A DNA stretch of 60,284 nt from Candidatus Izemoplasma sp. (GTDB lineage: Bacteria; Bacillota_I; Bacilli_A; Izemoplasmatales; Izemoplasmataceae), in NCBI GenBank assembly GCA_007116245.1, contig SKIW01000026.1, positions 1 to 60,284 of the forward strand, read 5' to 3'. Under the pieces are notes generated by a model. The model was given only the letters and a program-made list of their open reading frames with translations. It ran no database searches and was not told the DNA's origin. Position numbers and translations under genes: made by a program. Shown in pieces: positions 17,769-30,633 of the stretch (position 1 is its first letter; each line of letters begins with the position of its first letter).

Positions 17769-18392
17769 ATGCCAAAAGTAGCATTGTTAAATCAAGCGGG
17801 AGAAACACTTGGTGAGATTGCTTTATTGGATACAGTATTTGGAATTACACCAAATGAACAAGCTTTATACGACGTTGTAAAAGCACAACGTGCCGCAATG
17901 CGCCAAGGAACACATAAAACCAAAACACGTAGTGAAGTACGTGGAGGGGGACGTAAACCTTGGAGACAAAAAGGAACCGGTCGTGCTAGACAAGGTTCGA
18001 TTCGTTCACCACAATGGGTTGGTGGAGGTGTAGTCTTTGGTCCAACACCACGTGATTACACAATTAAAGTTAACCGCAAAGTAAGAAGACTTGCACTCAA
18101 GTCGGTCTTATCATCAAAAGTTGTGGATAACAATCTTTTCGTTTTAGACGCTTTATCACTTGAAACCGCTAAAACAAAAGACATGATTCAGGTATTAAAC
18201 AATCTTTCACTTTCAGGTAAAGTGTTGATTGTATTAGACCAAAACAATGAAACAATAACATTAGCTGCAAGAAATATTCCTGGAGTTACTGTTAAAACGG
18301 TGGAACAAGCTAGTGTATACGAAATGCTTCATGCAACTACACTACTTACAACACAAGATGCCGTTAAAAAATATGAGGAGGCGCTAGGGTAA
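17769..18392 (+). CDS. rplD: 50S ribosomal protein L4
   Basis: [11 protein letters not shown]... after AAAGGAGG, plus [20 protein letters not shown]. Confidence 0.95.
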   Translation: MPKVALLNQAGETLGEIALLDTVFGITPNEQALYDVVKAQRAAMRQGTHKTKTRSEVRGGGRKPWRQKGTGRARQGSIRSPQWVGGGVVFGPTPRDYTIKVNRKVRRLALKSVLSSKVVDNNLFVLDALSLETAKTKDMIQVLNNLSLSGKVLIVLDQNNETITLAARNIPGVTVKTVEQASVYEMLHATTLLTTQDAVKKYEEALG

Positions 18393-18676
18393 TGTTAGCA
18401 TCCGAAATTATTAAACGTCCAATTATTACTGAAAAAAGTATGTTGTTAGTTGAAAATGAGAACAAATACACATTTGAAGTAAACAAAAACGCTAATAAGA
18501 TTCAAATCAAAAAAGCGATTGAAGAGTTATTCGATGTAAAAGTTTTAAAAGTTAACGTAATTAACACAACACCAAAAAAGAAACGCGTAGGACAATATTT
18601 TGGTTACAAGAACGAATTAAGCAAAGCAATTGTAACTTTAGATAAAGAAGATAAAATTGAAATCTTCTCTGCGTAA
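18392..18676 (+). CDS. rplW: 50S ribosomal protein L23
   Basis: [11 protein letters not shown]..., position in the S10 operon, ATG overlaps the rplD stop. Confidence 0.95.
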   Translation: MLASEIIKRPIITEKSMLLVENENKYTFEVNKNANKIQIKKAIEELFDVKVLKVNVINTTPKKKRVGQYFGYKNELSKAIVTLDKEDKIEIFSA

Positions 18677-18703
18677 TGATCATTTAAAAAGGAGGTTACC
18701 GCA

Positions 18704-19534
18704 ATGGCTTTAAAAAAGTATAAACCAATTACTAATGGTACAAGACATATGACAAGCTTAGATTATTCCGAAATTACAAGTGATACCCCGGAAAAATCAT
18801 TACTTGTTAAGCTTAATAAAAAGTCTGGACGTAATAATCAAGGTAAGATTACTGTACGTCATCAAGGGGGCGGTGCGAAACGCAAATACCGTATTATCGA
18901 CTTTAAACGCGATAAAGATGGTGTTCCAGGACGCGTAGCCACAATTGAGTACGACCCAAATCGTACAGCAAACATCGCTTTGATTCATTATGCAGACGGA
19001 GAAAAACGCTATATACTAGCACCAAAAGGATTAGAAGTTGGAATGACTATCGAATCCGGTGAAGGTGCAGATATTACTTTAGGAAACGCACTACCATTAA
19101 GAAATATTCCGGTTGGTAGTACAATCCATAATATTGAGCTCTCACCTAAAAAGGGCGGACAACTTGTTCGTTCTGCGGGTACTAGCGCACAAATATTAGG
19201 TAGAGAAGAGAAATATGTACTCGTAAAACTAACTTCAGGTGAAGTTCGTAAAATTCTTGGAACATGCCGTGCTACACTCGGTGAAGTAGGCAATGAAGAC
19301 CACGAATTAGTGAACATCGGAAAAGCAGGGCGTACCCGTCATAAAGGTATTAGACCGACAGTACGTGGTTCTGTAATGAACCCTGTAGACCATCCACATG
19401 GTGGTGGTGAAGGTCGTCAACCAATTGGTCGTAAGAGTCCAATTACACCTTGGGGACAACCAGCACTTGGTCTTAAAACCCGCAAAAATAAAAAGCCTAG
19501 CGATCGTTTAATCGTTAGACGCAAGAAGAAATAG
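18704..19534 (+). CDS. rplB: 50S ribosomal protein L2
   Basis: [14 protein letters not shown]..., [14 protein letters not shown]. Confidence 0.97.
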   Translation: MALKKYKPITNGTRHMTSLDYSEITSDTPEKSLLVKLNKKSGRNNQGKITVRHQGGGAKRKYRIIDFKRDKDGVPGRVATIEYDPNRTANIALIHYADGEKRYILAPKGLEVGMTIESGEGADITLGNALPLRNIPVGSTIHNIELSPKKGGQLVRSAGTSAQILGREEKYVLVKLTSGEVRKILGTCRATLGEVGNEDHELVNIGKAGRTRHKGIRPTVRGSVMNPVDHPHGGGEGRQPIGRKSPITPWGQPALGLKTRKNKKPSDRLIVRRKKK

Positions 19535-19552
19535 GAAAGGAGGAACTCATAC

Positions 19553-19831
19553 ATGTCACGTTCAGTAAAAAAAGGTCCATTCTGTGACGATCATTTAATG
19601 AATAAAGTTGAAGTAATGAACAAGGAAAACAAAAAACGCGTAATACAAACATGGTCAAGACGTTCAACTATTTTCCCACAATTTGTTGGGCATACTATCG
19701 CAGTATATAACGGAAAAGAACACGTTCCTGTTTATATAACCGAAGACATGGTTGGTCATAAATTAGGAGAGTTCGCTCCTACTAGAACTTACCGCGGACA
19801 CGAAAAAGACAAGAAAGCTAAGAGAAAGTAG
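19553..19831 (+). CDS. rpsS: 30S ribosomal protein S19
   Basis: [10 protein letters not shown]..., [17 protein letters not shown]. Confidence 0.97.
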   Translation: MSRSVKKGPFCDDHLMNKVEVMNKENKKRVIQTWSRRSTIFPQFVGHTIAVYNGKEHVPVYITEDMVGHKLGEFAPTRTYRGHEKDKKAKRK

Positions 19832-19843
19832 AGGAGGATACAT

Positions 19844-20179
19844 ATGGAAGCAAGAGCACAAGCAAAAATGGTTCGCATTTCTTCTCGCAAAGTCCAATTA
19901 GTGATCGATTTAATTCGAGGTAAGCAAGTCGGCGAAGCATTTGCCATCTTAAAGCATACACCAAAAGCTGCAGCGCCAATGGTTGAAAAACTACTTAAAT
20001 CGGCAGTTGCAAACGCAGAACACAACTACAACTTAGATGCAGAAAACCTTTACGTTAAAGAAGTATTCGTAGGCGAAGGTCCAACATTAAAAAGAATTAG
20101 ACCTCGCGCAAAAGGATCAGCATCAAGAATTTTGAAAAGAACCAGTCACACAACTATCGTAGTGGCTGAGAAAGTGTAA
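19844..20179 (+). CDS. rplV: 50S ribosomal protein L22
   Basis: [17 protein letters not shown]..., operon position. Confidence 0.96.
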   Translation: MEARAQAKMVRISSRKVQLVIDLIRGKQVGEAFAILKHTPKAAAPMVEKLLKSAVANAEHNYNLDAENLYVKEVFVGEGPTLKRIRPRAKGSASRILKRTSHTTIVVAEKV

Positions 20180-20192
20180 AGGAGGGAATCTA

Positions 20193-20843
20193 ATGGGTCA
20201 AAAAGTAAGTCCGGTCGGATTACGAGTTGGAATTATTCGAGATTGGGATTCTCGTTGGTATGCTGACAAGAAAGATGTCGCTGATTTGTTACAAGAAGAT
20301 ATTAAAATCCGCGAACTATTAACTGAATTATATGTTAATTCAGCGGTTTCGAAAATCGAGATCGAAAGATTAAAAAATAGAGTTATTTTAACAGTTCACA
20401 CTGCGAAACCAGGGATGGTTATTGGACGTGAAGGTTCTGTTAAAAATCTAGTTGTTGCAAAACTAAAAAAACTTACAGATAAAGAAATTATTCTTAATGT
20501 TGTAGAAGTTAAAAAACCTGAATTAGATGCACAATTAGTTGCTGATTCAATCTCACAACAATTAGAAAATCGCGCATCATTTAGACGTGTTCAAAAAATG
20601 GCTATCCAAAGAGCTATGAGAGCAGGCGCTAAAGGATGCAAAACCCTTGTTTCAGGACGTCTTGGCGGTGCAGAAATGGCACGTAGCGAGGGGTATAGTG
20701 AAGGAAATGTACCACTTCACACACTTCGCGCAGATGTAGATTATGCTACATCTGAAGCTATGACAACTTATGGAAAATTAGGGGTCAAAGTTTGGATTTA
20801 TAAAGGTGAAATACTGCCTGCAAAGAAAAGGGGGGCACAATAA
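20193..20843 (+). CDS. rpsC: 30S ribosomal protein S3
   Basis: [24 protein letters not shown]..., KH domain GMVIGREG. Confidence 0.97.
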   Translation: MGQKVSPVGLRVGIIRDWDSRWYADKKDVADLLQEDIKIRELLTELYVNSAVSKIEIERLKNRVILTVHTAKPGMVIGREGSVKNLVVAKLKKLTDKEIILNVVEVKKPELDAQLVADSISQQLENRASFRRVQKMAIQRAMRAGAKGCKTLVSGRLGGAEMARSEGYSEGNVPLHTLRADVDYATSEAMTTYGKLGVKVWIYKGEILPAKKRGAQ

Positions 20844-21272
20844 ATGTTAACACCTAAAAGAACAAAATATAGACGCCCTCATAGAGTTAAGTATGAAGGA
20901 AAAGCAAAAGGTGGCGTAAGCGTTAATTTTGGCGATTACGGGTTACAATCACTTGAAGGTGCTTGGATTACCAACCGTCAAATTGAGTCAGCGCGTATTG
21001 CTATCAACCGCTATATGAAGCGTCAAGGAAAAGTGTGGATTAGAATATTCCCACATTTAGCTAAAACAGCAAAACCGCTTGAAGTTCGTATGGGATCCGG
21101 TAAAGGAGCACCAGAAAGCTGGGTAGCGGTCGTTAAAGAAGGTACGGTAATGTTTGAAGTGGCTGGTGTCACTGAAGAAATTGCTAAAGAAGCATTAAGA
21201 CTCGCTTCACATAAATTACCGGTTAAAACCAAAGTAATTAGAAAAGAAAGTGGTGATTCTAGTGAACGCTAA
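20844..21272 (+). CDS. rplP: 50S ribosomal protein L16
   Basis: [14 protein letters not shown]..., [10 protein letters not shown]. Confidence 0.97.
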   Translation: MLTPKRTKYRRPHRVKYEGKAKGGVSVNFGDYGLQSLEGAWITNRQIESARIAINRYMKRQGKVWIRIFPHLAKTAKPLEVRMGSGKGAPESWVAVVKEGTVMFEVAGVTEEIAKEALRLASHKLPVKTKVIRKESGDSSER

Positions 21273-21453
21273 TGACATTAGAGCATGGGACACTGCTAAA
21301 ATAAATAGTGAAATCACTACATTAAAAAAAGAATTATTCGACCTTCGTTTTCAACAAGCTACAGGTCAATTGGAAAACACAGCTCGTATTCGTAAAGTGA
21401 AAAAAACCATTGCGCGTATGAAAACTGTTTTAAATGAACGCAATGAGAAATAA
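21262..21453 (+). CDS. rpmC: 50S ribosomal protein L29
   Basis: [21 protein letters not shown]. In-frame GTGs at 21250, 21253 and 21262. Position 21262 gives (M)NANDIR..., which aligns residue-for-residue with Bacillus MKANEIR, so it is preferred, but the start is uncertain. Confidence 0.9.
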   Translation: MNANDIRAWDTAKINSEITTLKKELFDLRFQQATGQLENTARIRKVKKTIARMKTVLNERNEK

Positions 21454-21470
21454 GACGAGAGGAGAATTCG

Positions 21471-21731
21471 ATGGAACGCAATCATAGAAGAGTCCTTACC
21501 GGTACAGTTGTATCTGATAAGACAGATAAAACCATTACCGTAATGGTAGAAGTATCAAAAAAACATCCATTATATGGAAAACGTGTTAAACAAACCAAAA
21601 AGTTTGCGGCACATGATGAGAATAATCAAGCAAAAGTCGGAGATGTTGTTAAGATTATGGAGACCAGACCACTTTCAAGAACAAAAAAATTCCGTTTGCT
21701 TGAAATCGTTGAAAGCAAGGTTCTCGTTTAG
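21471..21731 (+). CDS. rpsQ: 30S ribosomal protein S17
   Basis: [19 protein letters not shown]..., [13 protein letters not shown]. Confidence 0.96.
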   Translation: MERNHRRVLTGTVVSDKTDKTITVMVEVSKKHPLYGKRVKQTKKFAAHDENNQAKVGDVVKIMETRPLSRTKKFRLLEIVESKVLV

Positions 21732-21755
21732 AAGAGCTAAAAGGAGGTTCTTAAT

Positions 21756-22124
21756 ATGATTCAGCAAGAATCAAGATTAAAAATTGCAGACAATTCAGGT
21801 GCAAAAGAAATCTTAACCATCAAAGTTCTTGGTGGAACAAGACGTAAATATGCATCGATTGGTGATATTGTTACCGCAACAGTTAAACAAGCGACACCTG
21901 GCGGAATGGTAAAAAAAGGCGAAATTGTTCAAGCAGTTATCGTTCGTACTGTCAGAGAAGTGCGTCGTCCTGATGGGACATATATTAAATTTGATGACAA
22001 TGCTGCTGTAATTGTGCGTGAGGATAAATCACCACGCGGAACCCGTATTTTCGGTCCAGTAGCAAGAGAGCTTCGTGAGCAAGGATTCATGAAAATTGTT
22101 TCACTAGCTCCAGAAGTATTATAG
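21756..22124 (+). CDS. rplN: 50S ribosomal protein L14
   Basis: [18 protein letters not shown]... Confidence 0.97.
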   Translation: MIQQESRLKIADNSGAKEILTIKVLGGTRRKYASIGDIVTATVKQATPGGMVKKGEIVQAVIVRTVREVRRPDGTYIKFDDNAAVIVREDKSPRGTRIFGPVARELREQGFMKIVSLAPEVL

Positions 22125-22140
22125 AGTAGGAGGAAAACGT

Positions 22141-22467
22141 ATGAAGATCAAAAAAGGTGATAAAGTACGTGTTATCTCGGGTGAATCCAGAGGTAAAGAG
22201 GGTACTGTATTAAGAACGTTTCCTAAAACAAATCGCGTTCTTGTTGAAGGTGTCAACATTATCAAAAAACACACCAAACCTACTCAATCAAATCCAGACG
22301 GTGGAATTTTAGAATTCGAAGCACCAATCAATGCATCTAACGTTATGATCGTTGATAAAAAAGGTGTAACTAGAGTAGGGTATAAAACAATAACAGAAAC
22401 TGTCAAGAAAAAAGAAGTAACACGTAAAGTAAGAGTAGCAAAAAAATCTGGTGAGGTCTTAGACTAA
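22141..22467 (+). CDS. rplX: 50S ribosomal protein L24
   Basis: [24 protein letters not shown] (KOW motif). Confidence 0.96.
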   Translation: MKIKKGDKVRVISGESRGKEGTVLRTFPKTNRVLVEGVNIIKKHTKPTQSNPDGGILEFEAPINASNVMIVDKKGVTRVGYKTITETVKKKEVTRKVRVAKKSGEVLD

Positions 22468-22489
22468 GCTGGAAAGGAGGCATTAGTGG

Positions 22490-23032
22490 ATGAATCGTTT
22501 ACAAGAAAAATATAATACTGATATACGTCCGTCACTCGTAGAGAAATTTGATTATTTATCAGTGATGGAAGCACCACGCATTGAAAAAGTCGTTGTTAAT
22601 ATGGGTGTCGGTGATGCCGTAACGAATACAAAAGTACTTGATGATGCAGTTGCAGAACTAGCACAATTAACCGGCCAAAAACCACTTATTACTAAAGCGA
22701 AAAAATCCGTTGCAGGATTTAAATTAAGAGAAGGTATGCCGATCGGATGTAAAGTTACATTACGCGGTGAGAGAATGTATGACTTCCTTGATAAGCTTAT
22801 GAACATCGCACTTCCACGTGTGCGCGACTTTCAAGGGGTTAGTCCTAAGGCGTTTGACGGAAGAGGGAACTATACGCTTGGTGTAAAAGAGCAATTAATA
22901 TTCCCTGAAATTAACTATGATAACGTTAACCGTGTACGCGGTATGGATATCGTAATCGTTACAACGGCTCAAACCGACCAAGAAGCTAAAGAACTTCTCG
23001 CTCAACTTGGTATGCCGTTTAGAAAAAATTAA
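22490..23032 (+). CDS. rplE: 50S ribosomal protein L5
   Basis: MNRLQEKY..., [27 protein letters not shown]. Confidence 0.97.
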   Translation: MNRLQEKYNTDIRPSLVEKFDYLSVMEAPRIEKVVVNMGVGDAVTNTKVLDDAVAELAQLTGQKPLITKAKKSVAGFKLREGMPIGCKVTLRGERMYDFLDKLMNIALPRVRDFQGVSPKAFDGRGNYTLGVKEQLIFPEINYDNVNRVRGMDIVIVTTAQTDQEAKELLAQLGMPFRKN

Positions 23033-23042
23033 GGAGGCTGTT

Positions 23043-23228
23043 ATGGCAAAAACTTCAATGAAAGAAAAGGCAAAACGTCCACAAAAGTTTAAAGTTCGTC
23101 AATACACACGTTGCGAACGCTGTGGAAGACCACATGCCGTAATTCGTAAATTTAAATTATGCCGTATTTGTTTCCGTGAACTCGCATACAAAGGACAAAT
23201 ACCTGGCGTTAGAAAAGCAAGTTGGTAA
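23043..23228 (+). CDS. rpsN: 30S ribosomal protein S14, type Z (zinc-binding, 61 aa)
   Basis: [40 protein letters not shown] with the CxxC...CxxC zinc motif. ATG at 23043 follows AAGGAGG. The ORF-track start at 23007 lies inside rplE. Confidence 0.95.
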   Translation: MAKTSMKEKAKRPQKFKVRQYTRCERCGRPHAVIRKFKLCRICFRELAYKGQIPGVRKASW

Positions 23229-23267
23229 AAATTAATTTCCTAATATTTTGGGAGGAGGCAATTATTT

Positions 23268-23663
23268 ATGGTAATGACAGATCCAATTGCTGATATGTTA
23301 ACACGCATCAGAAATGCGAACCAAATGAAAAAGGACACTGTTGACATCCCGGCATCAAAGCTTAAACAACAAGTTTTAGAACTGTTGAAAGAAGAAGGTT
23401 ACATCATTGATTTTACTGTGGTTAAAGGTAGACCCGTAAATCATTTGCGTGTGACATTGAAATATATTCAAAATGAACGCGTGGTTAAAGGATTAAAAAG
23501 AATTTCCAAACCAGGCTTAAGAGTCTATGCACAAACTGGTGAAATTCCAAAAGTGCTAAATGGATTAGGTATCGCTATTATTTCGACTTCAAACGGTATT
23601 ATGACCGATCGTGAAGCACGCAAACAAAATGTGGGCGGCGAGATTTTAGCATACGTATGGTAA
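23268..23663 (+). CDS. rpsH: 30S ribosomal protein S8
   Basis: [17 protein letters not shown]... Confidence 0.97.
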   Translation: MVMTDPIADMLTRIRNANQMKKDTVDIPASKLKQQVLELLKEEGYIIDFTVVKGRPVNHLRVTLKYIQNERVVKGLKRISKPGLRVYAQTGEIPKVLNGLGIAIISTSNGIMTDREARKQNVGGEILAYVW

Positions 23664-23686
23664 GAATAAATTAAGGAGGTACGAAT

Positions 23687-24223
23687 ATGAGTCGTATTGG
23701 AAAAAAACCCATTACATTACCTCAAGGCGTAACTTTAACGGTTGATGGTCAACGCGTAGAAGTTAATGGCCCAAAAGGAACATTATCGTTAACATTACAC
23801 CCTGATATTTCTATTACGGTAGAAGAAACGAACGTGATTGTCGAAAGACCATCCGATACGAAAACCCATAAAACATTACACGGAACAATGCGTGCACTTA
23901 TACAGAACATGGTTGTTGGTGTTAGTGAGGGTTATAAGAAACAACTTAAAATGATTGGTGTAGGATATCGTTCACTACTGCAAGGTTCAAAACTTGTTGT
24001 TAGTGCAGGCTATTCACAACCAGTAGAACTCGATATACCAGAGGGTATCACAGTAGAAGTTGTAAAAAACACTGATATTTCAGTATCTGGTATTGATAAA
24101 CAAGCGGTAGGAGAATTTGCTGCTAATATTCGTGCGATTCGCAAACCCGAACCGTATCTTGGTAAAGGGATTCGTTACGTTGACGAATATGTACGTCGTA
24201 AAGAAGGAAAAACTGCTAAGTAG
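23687..24223 (+). CDS. rplF: 50S ribosomal protein L6
   Basis: [15 protein letters not shown]..., [11 protein letters not shown]. Confidence 0.97.
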   Translation: MSRIGKKPITLPQGVTLTVDGQRVEVNGPKGTLSLTLHPDISITVEETNVIVERPSDTKTHKTLHGTMRALIQNMVVGVSEGYKKQLKMIGVGYRSLLQGSKLVVSAGYSQPVELDIPEGITVEVVKNTDISVSGIDKQAVGEFAANIRAIRKPEPYLGKGIRYVDEYVRRKEGKTAK

Positions 24224-24241
24224 TAGTTAGGAGTGACAATT

Positions 24242-24604
24242 ATGATTAACAAAACAAACAGAAATGAAATGCGTCAAAAAAGACAATTACGCATTCGCAA
24301 AACATTAGTAGGCACACCATTAAGACCACGCTTAAACGTTTTTCGCTCAAACAAACACATCTACGCACAGTTAATTGATGACGTAAACGGAGTAACACTC
24401 GTTAGCGCATCATCATTAGAAGAAGCTGTTGAAGCGAAAGATGCAGGGAACTTAAGAGGCGCAATCATTGTCGGAAAATTGATAGCTGAACGCGCAGTTG
24501 ACAAATCGATTAAAAAAGTTATATTTGACCGCGCTGGGTATTTATACCACGGACGTGTCAAAGCATTAGCTGAAGCTGCACGTGATGCAGGATTAGAATT
24601 CTAA
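24242..24604 (+). CDS. rplR: 50S ribosomal protein L18
   Basis: [14 protein letters not shown]...[23 protein letters not shown] at 24242 follows AGGAG and aligns with Bacillus L18. The ORF-track GTG at 24233 is less likely. Confidence 0.95.
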   Translation: MINKTNRNEMRQKRQLRIRKTLVGTPLRPRLNVFRSNKHIYAQLIDDVNGVTLVSASSLEEAVEAKDAGNLRGAIIVGKLIAERAVDKSIKKVIFDRAGYLYHGRVKALAEAARDAGLEF

Positions 24605-24618
24605 TAAGGAGGTAGCCA

Positions 24619-25134
24619 ATGCAAAAAAATCGAAGAGGACGCAGAAAAAGAGAAGAAAACATCTACGAAGAACGCGTTGTTAATATAAACCGCGTTACTA
24701 AAGTTGTTAAAGGTGGACGTCGTTTCCGCTTTAGTGCACTTGTAGTCGTAGGTGACAAAAATGGTAAAGTCGGATTTGGTACTGGTAAAGCACAAGAAGT
24801 ACCTGACGCAATTAAAAAAGCAATTGAAGATGCAAAACGCAACTTTTATAAAGTTCCAATGTACGGAACAACTATACCCCATGAAATCGAAGGAAGACAT
24901 GGTGCGGGACACATCTTTTTAAAACCCGCTGTTGAAGGTACTGGTGTTATCGCCGGTGGACCTGTTCGTGCCATTCTTGAAGCAGCAGGAGTCGAAGACA
25001 TTTTAAGTAAATCATTAGGATCAAGCACACCTATTAATATGGTACGTGCAACAATGAATGGACTTAAACAACTTCGTACTGCAGAGCAAGTAGCACGTAC
25101 TCGCGGTAAAACAGCGAAGGAGATTTTAAGATAA
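24619..25134 (+). CDS. rpsE: 30S ribosomal protein S5
   Basis: [28 protein letters not shown]... Confidence 0.97.
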   Translation: MQKNRRGRRKREENIYEERVVNINRVTKVVKGGRRFRFSALVVVGDKNGKVGFGTGKAQEVPDAIKKAIEDAKRNFYKVPMYGTTIPHEIEGRHGAGHIFLKPAVEGTGVIAGGPVRAILEAAGVEDILSKSLGSSTPINMVRATMNGLKQLRTAEQVARTRGKTAKEILR

Positions 25135-25316
25135 TGGAAAAAACAGTTGAAATAACATTAGTTAAAAGTATTATAGGAGCTAATCCAAGTCAAAGAAAAA
25201 CTGCTCAAGCACTTGGTCTCAAAAAAATCAACCAAACTGTCGTTAAGAGAGACACCGAAACTATTCGCGGGATGATTAATATCGTCGCTCACTTAGTGAA
25301 TGTTGTTGAGAAATAG
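25134..25316 (+). CDS. rpmD: 50S ribosomal protein L30
   Basis: [23 protein letters not shown]. 60 aa. Confidence 0.95.
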   Translation: MEKTVEITLVKSIIGANPSQRKTAQALGLKKINQTVVKRDTETIRGMINIVAHLVNVVEK

Positions 25317-25327
25317 GAGGTACCGAT

Positions 25328-25768
25328 ATGAAATTACATGAATTAAAACCAACACCCGGATCAACAAAGTCAAAAAAACGTGTTGGACGAGGTATTGGTA
25401 GCGGAACAGGTAAAACAGCCGGTGCAGGACACAAAGGCCAACGCGCACGTTCAGGTGCTAAAATAGGCATCGCATTTGAAGGGGGACAAACACCTTACTT
25501 CAAACGCCTACGTAAAGTTGGATTTAAAAATCCCCATCGTAAAGAGTTCGCTATCGTCAACGTTGAAACATTGAATCGTTACGAAGACGGAACAACTGTA
25601 ACCCCTGAATTATTATTAAAAGACCGTCTAGTTACGGAAAAAAACCTTGATATTAAAATTTTAGGCAAAGGAACGCTAGAGAAGAACTTAGTGGTTAAAG
25701 CACATAAATTCACAGCTTCAGCTGAAGAGAAAATTAAGGCTGTCGGTGGAAACGTCGAGGTGATCTAA
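25328..25768 (+). CDS. rplO: 50S ribosomal protein L15
   Basis: [37 protein letters not shown]. Confidence 0.97.
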   Translation: MKLHELKPTPGSTKSKKRVGRGIGSGTGKTAGAGHKGQRARSGAKIGIAFEGGQTPYFKRLRKVGFKNPHRKEFAIVNVETLNRYEDGTTVTPELLLKDRLVTEKNLDIKILGKGTLEKNLVVKAHKFTASAEEKIKAVGGNVEVI

Positions 25769-27075
25769 TGGATACTATTAAAGCGGTATTTAAAAACAAA
25801 GATGTGATGAAAAAAATTCTTTTCACACTCGGAGCATTTTTAATCTACCGAGCAGCAGTATATATCCACATTCCACTTATTGATCCGGCTGTCATAAGAG
25901 ATATCTTTAGTCAAGCTGGAGGATTCTTAGGTATTATGGATGCCTTTACAGGGCAAGCATTGAGTAATTTCTCAATAATCGCCTTAGGTATTGGACCATA
26001 CATTACCGCCTCAATCGTTATGCAACTCCTTCAAATGGATATTGTTCCTATATTGAAAGAATGGAGTGAAGAAGGCGATGCAGGAAAACAAAAAATTAAT
26101 CAAGTTACACGTTATTTAGCTATCGCATTAGCATTTATTCAAGCATTAGGTATGATCTACGGATTCCATTTACAACCAGGGCCAGGAATTTTCATCATTT
26201 CTGAACCTAACTTCCTAACATTTACTTATTTAGCACTCGTCATGACTGCAGGAACTGCATTCTTACTATGGCTTGCAGACCAAATTACATTAAAAGGTGT
26301 AGGAAATGGTACATCAATGATCATTGTTGCAGGGATTATCTCCGGTATACCAGCAATGTTTGGAAGCTTGACAAGAGATTATATTACAAACGAAGCTGCA
26401 GATTTAGGAACTTACGCAACCTTCGCACTCATTGTACTCATTTATTTACTCGTTATTGTTGGGGTAACATACATGCAATCAGCAGTACGTAAAATTCCAG
26501 TACAATATTCGAATCGCCCAAGCAGTGCAAAATTTAAAGGACGCCAAGATTCAAGCATCCCGATTAAAATTAACTCTGCAGGCGTTATCCCAGTTATCTT
26601 CGCGGTTACGATTCTAAGTTTACCGCAAACAGTAATCAACTTTGTCCCAGCTATTCAACAATCTGGAGCTGGACGATGGCTCAATGAGTTTTTCAACTAC
26701 GAAAGACCACTTGGATTTGTCGTATACGCAGTCTTAATTATCGTATTTACATTCTTTTATTCATTCGTGCAAATTAATCCAGATAAAATGGCGAATAACC
26801 TACAAAAACAAAACGCATATGTTCCAGGAGTTAGACCAGGCGTTGAAACCGAAAACTATATTTCAAAATTATTATTTAGAATTACAGTTATCGGATCTTT
26901 ATACTTAGTCCTTGTTGCAGTATTACCGATTATAGCTGCTATCATTTTTGGTCTTCCAGCATATGTACAAATCGGCGGAACATCATTGTTAATCGTTGTT
27001 GGGGTTGCTATTGAAACAACGAAACAAATCAAAACCGATGTTCAAGGTAAAAACTACAGCGGATTTATTAAGTAG
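25768..27075 (+). CDS. secY: Preprotein translocase subunit SecY
   Basis: 435 aa, ~10 TM segments, FSIIALGIGPYITASIVMQLL, GTSLLIVVGV. Located after rplO. Confidence 0.96.
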   Translation: MDTIKAVFKNKDVMKKILFTLGAFLIYRAAVYIHIPLIDPAVIRDIFSQAGGFLGIMDAFTGQALSNFSIIALGIGPYITASIVMQLLQMDIVPILKEWSEEGDAGKQKINQVTRYLAIALAFIQALGMIYGFHLQPGPGIFIISEPNFLTFTYLALVMTAGTAFLLWLADQITLKGVGNGTSMIIVAGIISGIPAMFGSLTRDYITNEAADLGTYATFALIVLIYLLVIVGVTYMQSAVRKIPVQYSNRPSSAKFKGRQDSSIPIKINSAGVIPVIFAVTILSLPQTVINFVPAIQQSGAGRWLNEFFNYERPLGFVVYAVLIIVFTFFYSFVQINPDKMANNLQKQNAYVPGVRPGVETENYISKLLFRITVIGSLYLVLVAVLPIIAAIIFGLPAYVQIGGTSLLIVVGVAIETTKQIKTDVQGKNYSGFIK

Positions 27076-27086
27076 GGGGCGGTTGA

Positions 27087-27737
27087 GTGAAAATTCTATT
27101 AATGGGACCCCCTGGTGCTGGCAAAGGAAGTCAGTCTGCTAAACTTGTTAAAGATTACGAACTTACAAATATATCTACTGGAGAAATGTTTCGCGAAGCT
27201 GCAAGAAACAACGAACCATTAGGGATAGAAGCGATGAAGTATATCGACCAAGGAGACTTAGTTTCCGACGAGATTACAAACGAAATCGTTCGTAAAAGAT
27301 TACTCAAACCAGATGCAGAACGTTGCTTTCTACTCGATGGATATCCCAGAACAGTATCTCAAGCCCAGGCACTTGACGCCATGTTGTTATCAATGAAATC
27401 AAAGCTTACTGCAGTAATTAACATTACAGTAGATAAAGAAGCAATCCTCGAGCGAATGGTAGGTAGACGTGTCTGTAAATCATGCGGATTAAGTTACCAC
27501 CTTAAATTTAAGCCACCAAAAAAAGAAGGCGTTTGTGATGCTTGTGGAGGAGAACTTTATCAACGTGTAGACGACCAACCCGAATCAGTACGTAATCGAC
27601 TCGACATATACGAACGAAAAACAAAACCAATTGTTGATTATTATGCAGGTCACGGGATATTAAAAAATGTCAATGGCATGCAAACATTCGAAAATGTATA
27701 CAAAGACATTAAAGAAGCATTAGGTGAGGTTAAATGA
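27087..27737 (+). CDS. adk: Adenylate kinase (zinc-lid type)
   Basis: GTG start. [14 protein letters not shown]-loop and lid CKSCG...CDACGG. Confidence 0.95.
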   Translation: MKILLMGPPGAGKGSQSAKLVKDYELTNISTGEMFREAARNNEPLGIEAMKYIDQGDLVSDEITNEIVRKRLLKPDAERCFLLDGYPRTVSQAQALDAMLLSMKSKLTAVINITVDKEAILERMVGRRVCKSCGLSYHLKFKPPKKEGVCDACGGELYQRVDDQPESVRNRLDIYERKTKPIVDYYAGHGILKNVNGMQTFENVYKDIKEALGEVK

Positions 27738-28483
27738 TCTACATAAAATCTCAACGTGAAATAGCATTAATGAAAGAAGCAGGACGTATTGTTGCACTTT
27801 CTCATCAAGCGATTAAATCGATGATTAAACCCGGTATAACAACCGAAGATATCGACCGCAAAGTAGAATCAATTATACGTGAGAACGATGCCATTCCTTC
27901 ATTTAAAGGCTATGGAGGATTTCCCGGAAGTGCATGCACTTCCATAAACGAAGAAGTCGTACATGGAATTCCTTCTAAAACACGCATTCTCAAAGAGGGT
28001 GACATCGTTAAAGTGGATATCGGTGCTCAATACAAAGGTTACCACGGTGATTCCGCTTGGACTTATCCAGTAGGTAAAATCAGTAAAGAAGCTGAAAAAC
28101 TATTAGAAGTTACCGAACAAGCTTTATACGAAGGTTTAAAATACGCAAAAAAAGGCGCAAGACTCTCTGATATATCTCATGCCATACAAGCATATGCAGA
28201 ATCACATGGATTTAGCATCGTCCGCGATTTCGTAGGACATGGGATTGGAAAAAACCTACATGAAGATCCCCAAATTCCAAATTATGGACTCCCCAATAAA
28301 GGGACATTACTTAAACCAGGTATGACATTCGCAATTGAACCAATGGTCAATGCAGGTCAAAAAGAAGTCAGAGTTCTTGAGGATCAATGGACAGCTGTGA
28401 CGGTGGATCAATCACTCAGTGCGCATTATGAACATACGATTCTCATTACAGAAGAAGATTGTATACTTCTTACCGTGTTATAA
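27734..28483 (+). CDS. map: Methionine aminopeptidase, type I
   Basis: [32 protein letters not shown] metal-ligand motifs. Confidence 0.95.
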   Translation: MIYIKSQREIALMKEAGRIVALSHQAIKSMIKPGITTEDIDRKVESIIRENDAIPSFKGYGGFPGSACTSINEEVVHGIPSKTRILKEGDIVKVDIGAQYKGYHGDSAWTYPVGKISKEAEKLLEVTEQALYEGLKYAKKGARLSDISHAIQAYAESHGFSIVRDFVGHGIGKNLHEDPQIPNYGLPNKGTLLKPGMTFAIEPMVNAGQKEVRVLEDQWTAVTVDQSLSAHYEHTILITEEDCILLTVL

Positions 28484-28496
28484 AGGAGGAATTTTT

Positions 28497-28715
28497 ATGG
28501 CAAAAGAAGACAAAATCGAACTTGAAGGAAAAGTAGTAGAAGCATTACCCAACACACAGTTCTTAGTAGAACTTGAAAACGGGCATCAAATATTGGCACA
28601 CGTTTCAGGTAAAATCCGTATGTACTACATACGCATCTTACCTGGTGATAGAGTCACCGTGGAACTTTCACCTTATGACTTAACACGTGGCCGAATCACG
28701 TATCGACATAAATAA
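28497..28715 (+). CDS. infA: Translation initiation factor IF-1
   Basis: [39 protein letters not shown]. 72 aa, ATG after AAAGGAGG. The ORF-track start at 28419 lies inside map. Confidence 0.96.
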   Translation: MAKEDKIELEGKVVEALPNTQFLVELENGHQILAHVSGKIRMYYIRILPGDRVTVELSPYDLTRGRITYRHK

Positions 28716-28745
28716 TTAGTAAAGGCTCCAAAGGAGGATATTAAT

Positions 28746-28859
28746 ATGAAAGTTAGACCATCAGTAAAAAAAATCTGTGATAAATGTAAAGTGATTAAGC
28801 GCAAAGGCAAAGTAATGGTTATTTGCGATAATCCGAAACACAAACAAAGACAAGGTTAA
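28746..28859 (+). CDS. rpmJ: 50S ribosomal protein L36
   Basis: Not in the ORF track (37 aa). Translates as [37 protein letters not shown], after AAAGGAGG. Confidence 0.95.
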   Translation: MKVRPSVKKICDKCKVIKRKGKVMVICDNPKHKQRQG

Positions 28860-28873
28860 TAGGAGGTGCACAT

Positions 28874-29239
28874 ATGGCACGTATCGCTGGTGTAGATATT
28901 CCAAGAGATAAACGCGTTGTTATTGCGTTAACATATGTCTTTGGGATTGGAAAAACCAAATCAGAACAAATTTTAAAAGCCGCAGATGTATCATTTGATA
29001 CACGCGTTAAAGATTTATCAGAAGAAGAGTTAACACGTATTCGTACTGCGATCACTTCAGAAAAAACTGAAGGGGATTTAAGACGCGAAGTCGCGCTTAA
29101 CATTAAACGCTTGCAAGAAATTGGAAGCTATCGTGGCATGCGTCATCGTAGAGGCTTGCCTACACGAGGACAAAATACGCGTAACAACGCTCGTACCCGT
29201 AAAGGGCCAGCTAGAACCGTAGCGAATAAGAAGAAATAG
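28874..29239 (+). CDS. rpsM: 30S ribosomal protein S13
   Basis: [26 protein letters not shown]... Confidence 0.97.
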   Translation: MARIAGVDIPRDKRVVIALTYVFGIGKTKSEQILKAADVSFDTRVKDLSEEELTRIRTAITSEKTEGDLRREVALNIKRLQEIGSYRGMRHRRGLPTRGQNTRNNARTRKGPARTVANKKK

Positions 29240-29251
29240 GAGGAAAATAAT

Positions 29252-29638
29252 ATGGCACGTAAAACAAGAACTAAACGTCGCGTTAGAAAAAATATTCCTT
29301 CCGGTGTTGCACATATTCATTCAACATTTAACAATACAATCATCACAATCACCGATCCAAGCGGTAACGCTATAGCTTGGACCAGTGCGGGTGCACTCGG
29401 ATTTAAAGGAAGCCGTAAGTCAACACCATACGCTGCGCAAATCGCTAGTGAAGCATGTGCAAAAGCAGCGATGGAACATGGCGTACAAAGAGTAGAAGTT
29501 TCAGTGAAAGGGCCAGGTCCTGGACGTGAAGCTGCCATTCGTTCATTACAAACCGCGGGATTAGAAATTACAGCAATTAAAGATGTAACACCTATTCCAC
29601 ATAACGGATGTCGTCCACCAAAACGACCTCGTGGCTAG
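29252..29638 (+). CDS. rpsK: 30S ribosomal protein S11
   Basis: [34 protein letters not shown]. Confidence 0.97.
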   Translation: MARKTRTKRRVRKNIPSGVAHIHSTFNNTIITITDPSGNAIAWTSAGALGFKGSRKSTPYAAQIASEACAKAAMEHGVQRVEVSVKGPGPGREAAIRSLQTAGLEITAIKDVTPIPHNGCRPPKRPRG

Positions 29639-29668
29639 TTTTTAAAAATAAACAAGGAGGTTGTTCTT

Positions 29669-30619
29669 TTGAAAGAATTAAAATTCGAAAAACCGAATAC
29701 TAAGATTATTGAAGCTGACGATTTCCATGGGAAATTCGAAATCAGTCCTCTTGAAAGAGGCTACGGAATAACATTAGGAAACTCGTTAAGACGAATCTTA
29801 CTCTCAAGCTTACCTGGAGCCGCAATAATAAATTGTGAAATCGATGGTGTCCAACATGAATTCACCGCTATAGAAGGCGTAGTTGAAGATGTTACTACCA
29901 TCATATTAAACTTAAAAGATGTGGTGCTCTCTATTGATAATGAAGACCCAAATGTAGAAAAATCACTAGAAATCAATGTTGAAGGGCCTTACACTATCAA
30001 AGCCAAAGACATCATTCGTGATCCTGAAGTAACCATTATTAATGAAGACCAACACATTGCTACCGTGAACAAAGGAAAATTCAGAATGACCATGAAAGCA
30101 CGCCGTGGCATTGGTTACGTTAGTGCAGAACGCAATAAAGAGTTTAACAAAGGCAAAATCGGTGTTATACCTATTGATAGTATCTATACTCCAGTACAAC
30201 GTGTTCAATACGACGTTGAAAAGACACGTCATGAAGGCGCGGGCGATTTAGATAAACTAACAGTAGAACTAGAAACAAACGGTAGTGTTACACCACAAAA
30301 CGCACTTGGTATTGCTGCAAAAATGCTAATTAACCATCTTGAAGTTATTGTGGAATTATCTGAAAAAGCAAAAGAAGAAGAATACATGGTTGAAAGAGAG
30401 TCCCAACAAAACTCTCAAATTTTAGAAATGCAAATTGAAGACTTAGATCTCTCAGTAAGAAGCTACAACTGTTTAAAACGTGCAGGGATTCATACCGTTG
30501 ACGAACTAACCCAGAAAACTGAAGAAGACATGATGAAAGTTCGTAACTTAGGTAAAAAATCTCTCAAAGAAGTTAAGCAAAAGCTTGAAGATCTCGGTCT
30601 CTCACTTGCGAGACACTAA
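29669..30619 (+). CDS. rpoA: DNA-directed RNA polymerase subunit alpha
   Basis: TTG start after [32 protein letters not shown]-terminal domain [16 protein letters not shown]. Confidence 0.95.
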   Translation: MKELKFEKPNTKIIEADDFHGKFEISPLERGYGITLGNSLRRILLSSLPGAAIINCEIDGVQHEFTAIEGVVEDVTTIILNLKDVVLSIDNEDPNVEKSLEINVEGPYTIKAKDIIRDPEVTIINEDQHIATVNKGKFRMTMKARRGIGYVSAERNKEFNKGKIGVIPIDSIYTPVQRVQYDVEKTRHEGAGDLDKLTVELETNGSVTPQNALGIAAKMLINHLEVIVELSEKAKEEEYMVERESQQNSQILEMQIEDLDLSVRSYNCLKRAGIHTVDELTQKTEEDMMKVRNLGKKSLKEVKQKLEDLGLSLARH

Positions 30620-30633
30620 TAGGAGGTTTACTT

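Noticed and set aside
21574-21759. 61-aa + strand ORF overlapping rpsQ in another frame. ORF 54145..54375, overlapping the methyltransferase gene, is the same kind.
   Set aside because: Each is an alternative frame of a clearly assigned gene, with no SD or motif support.
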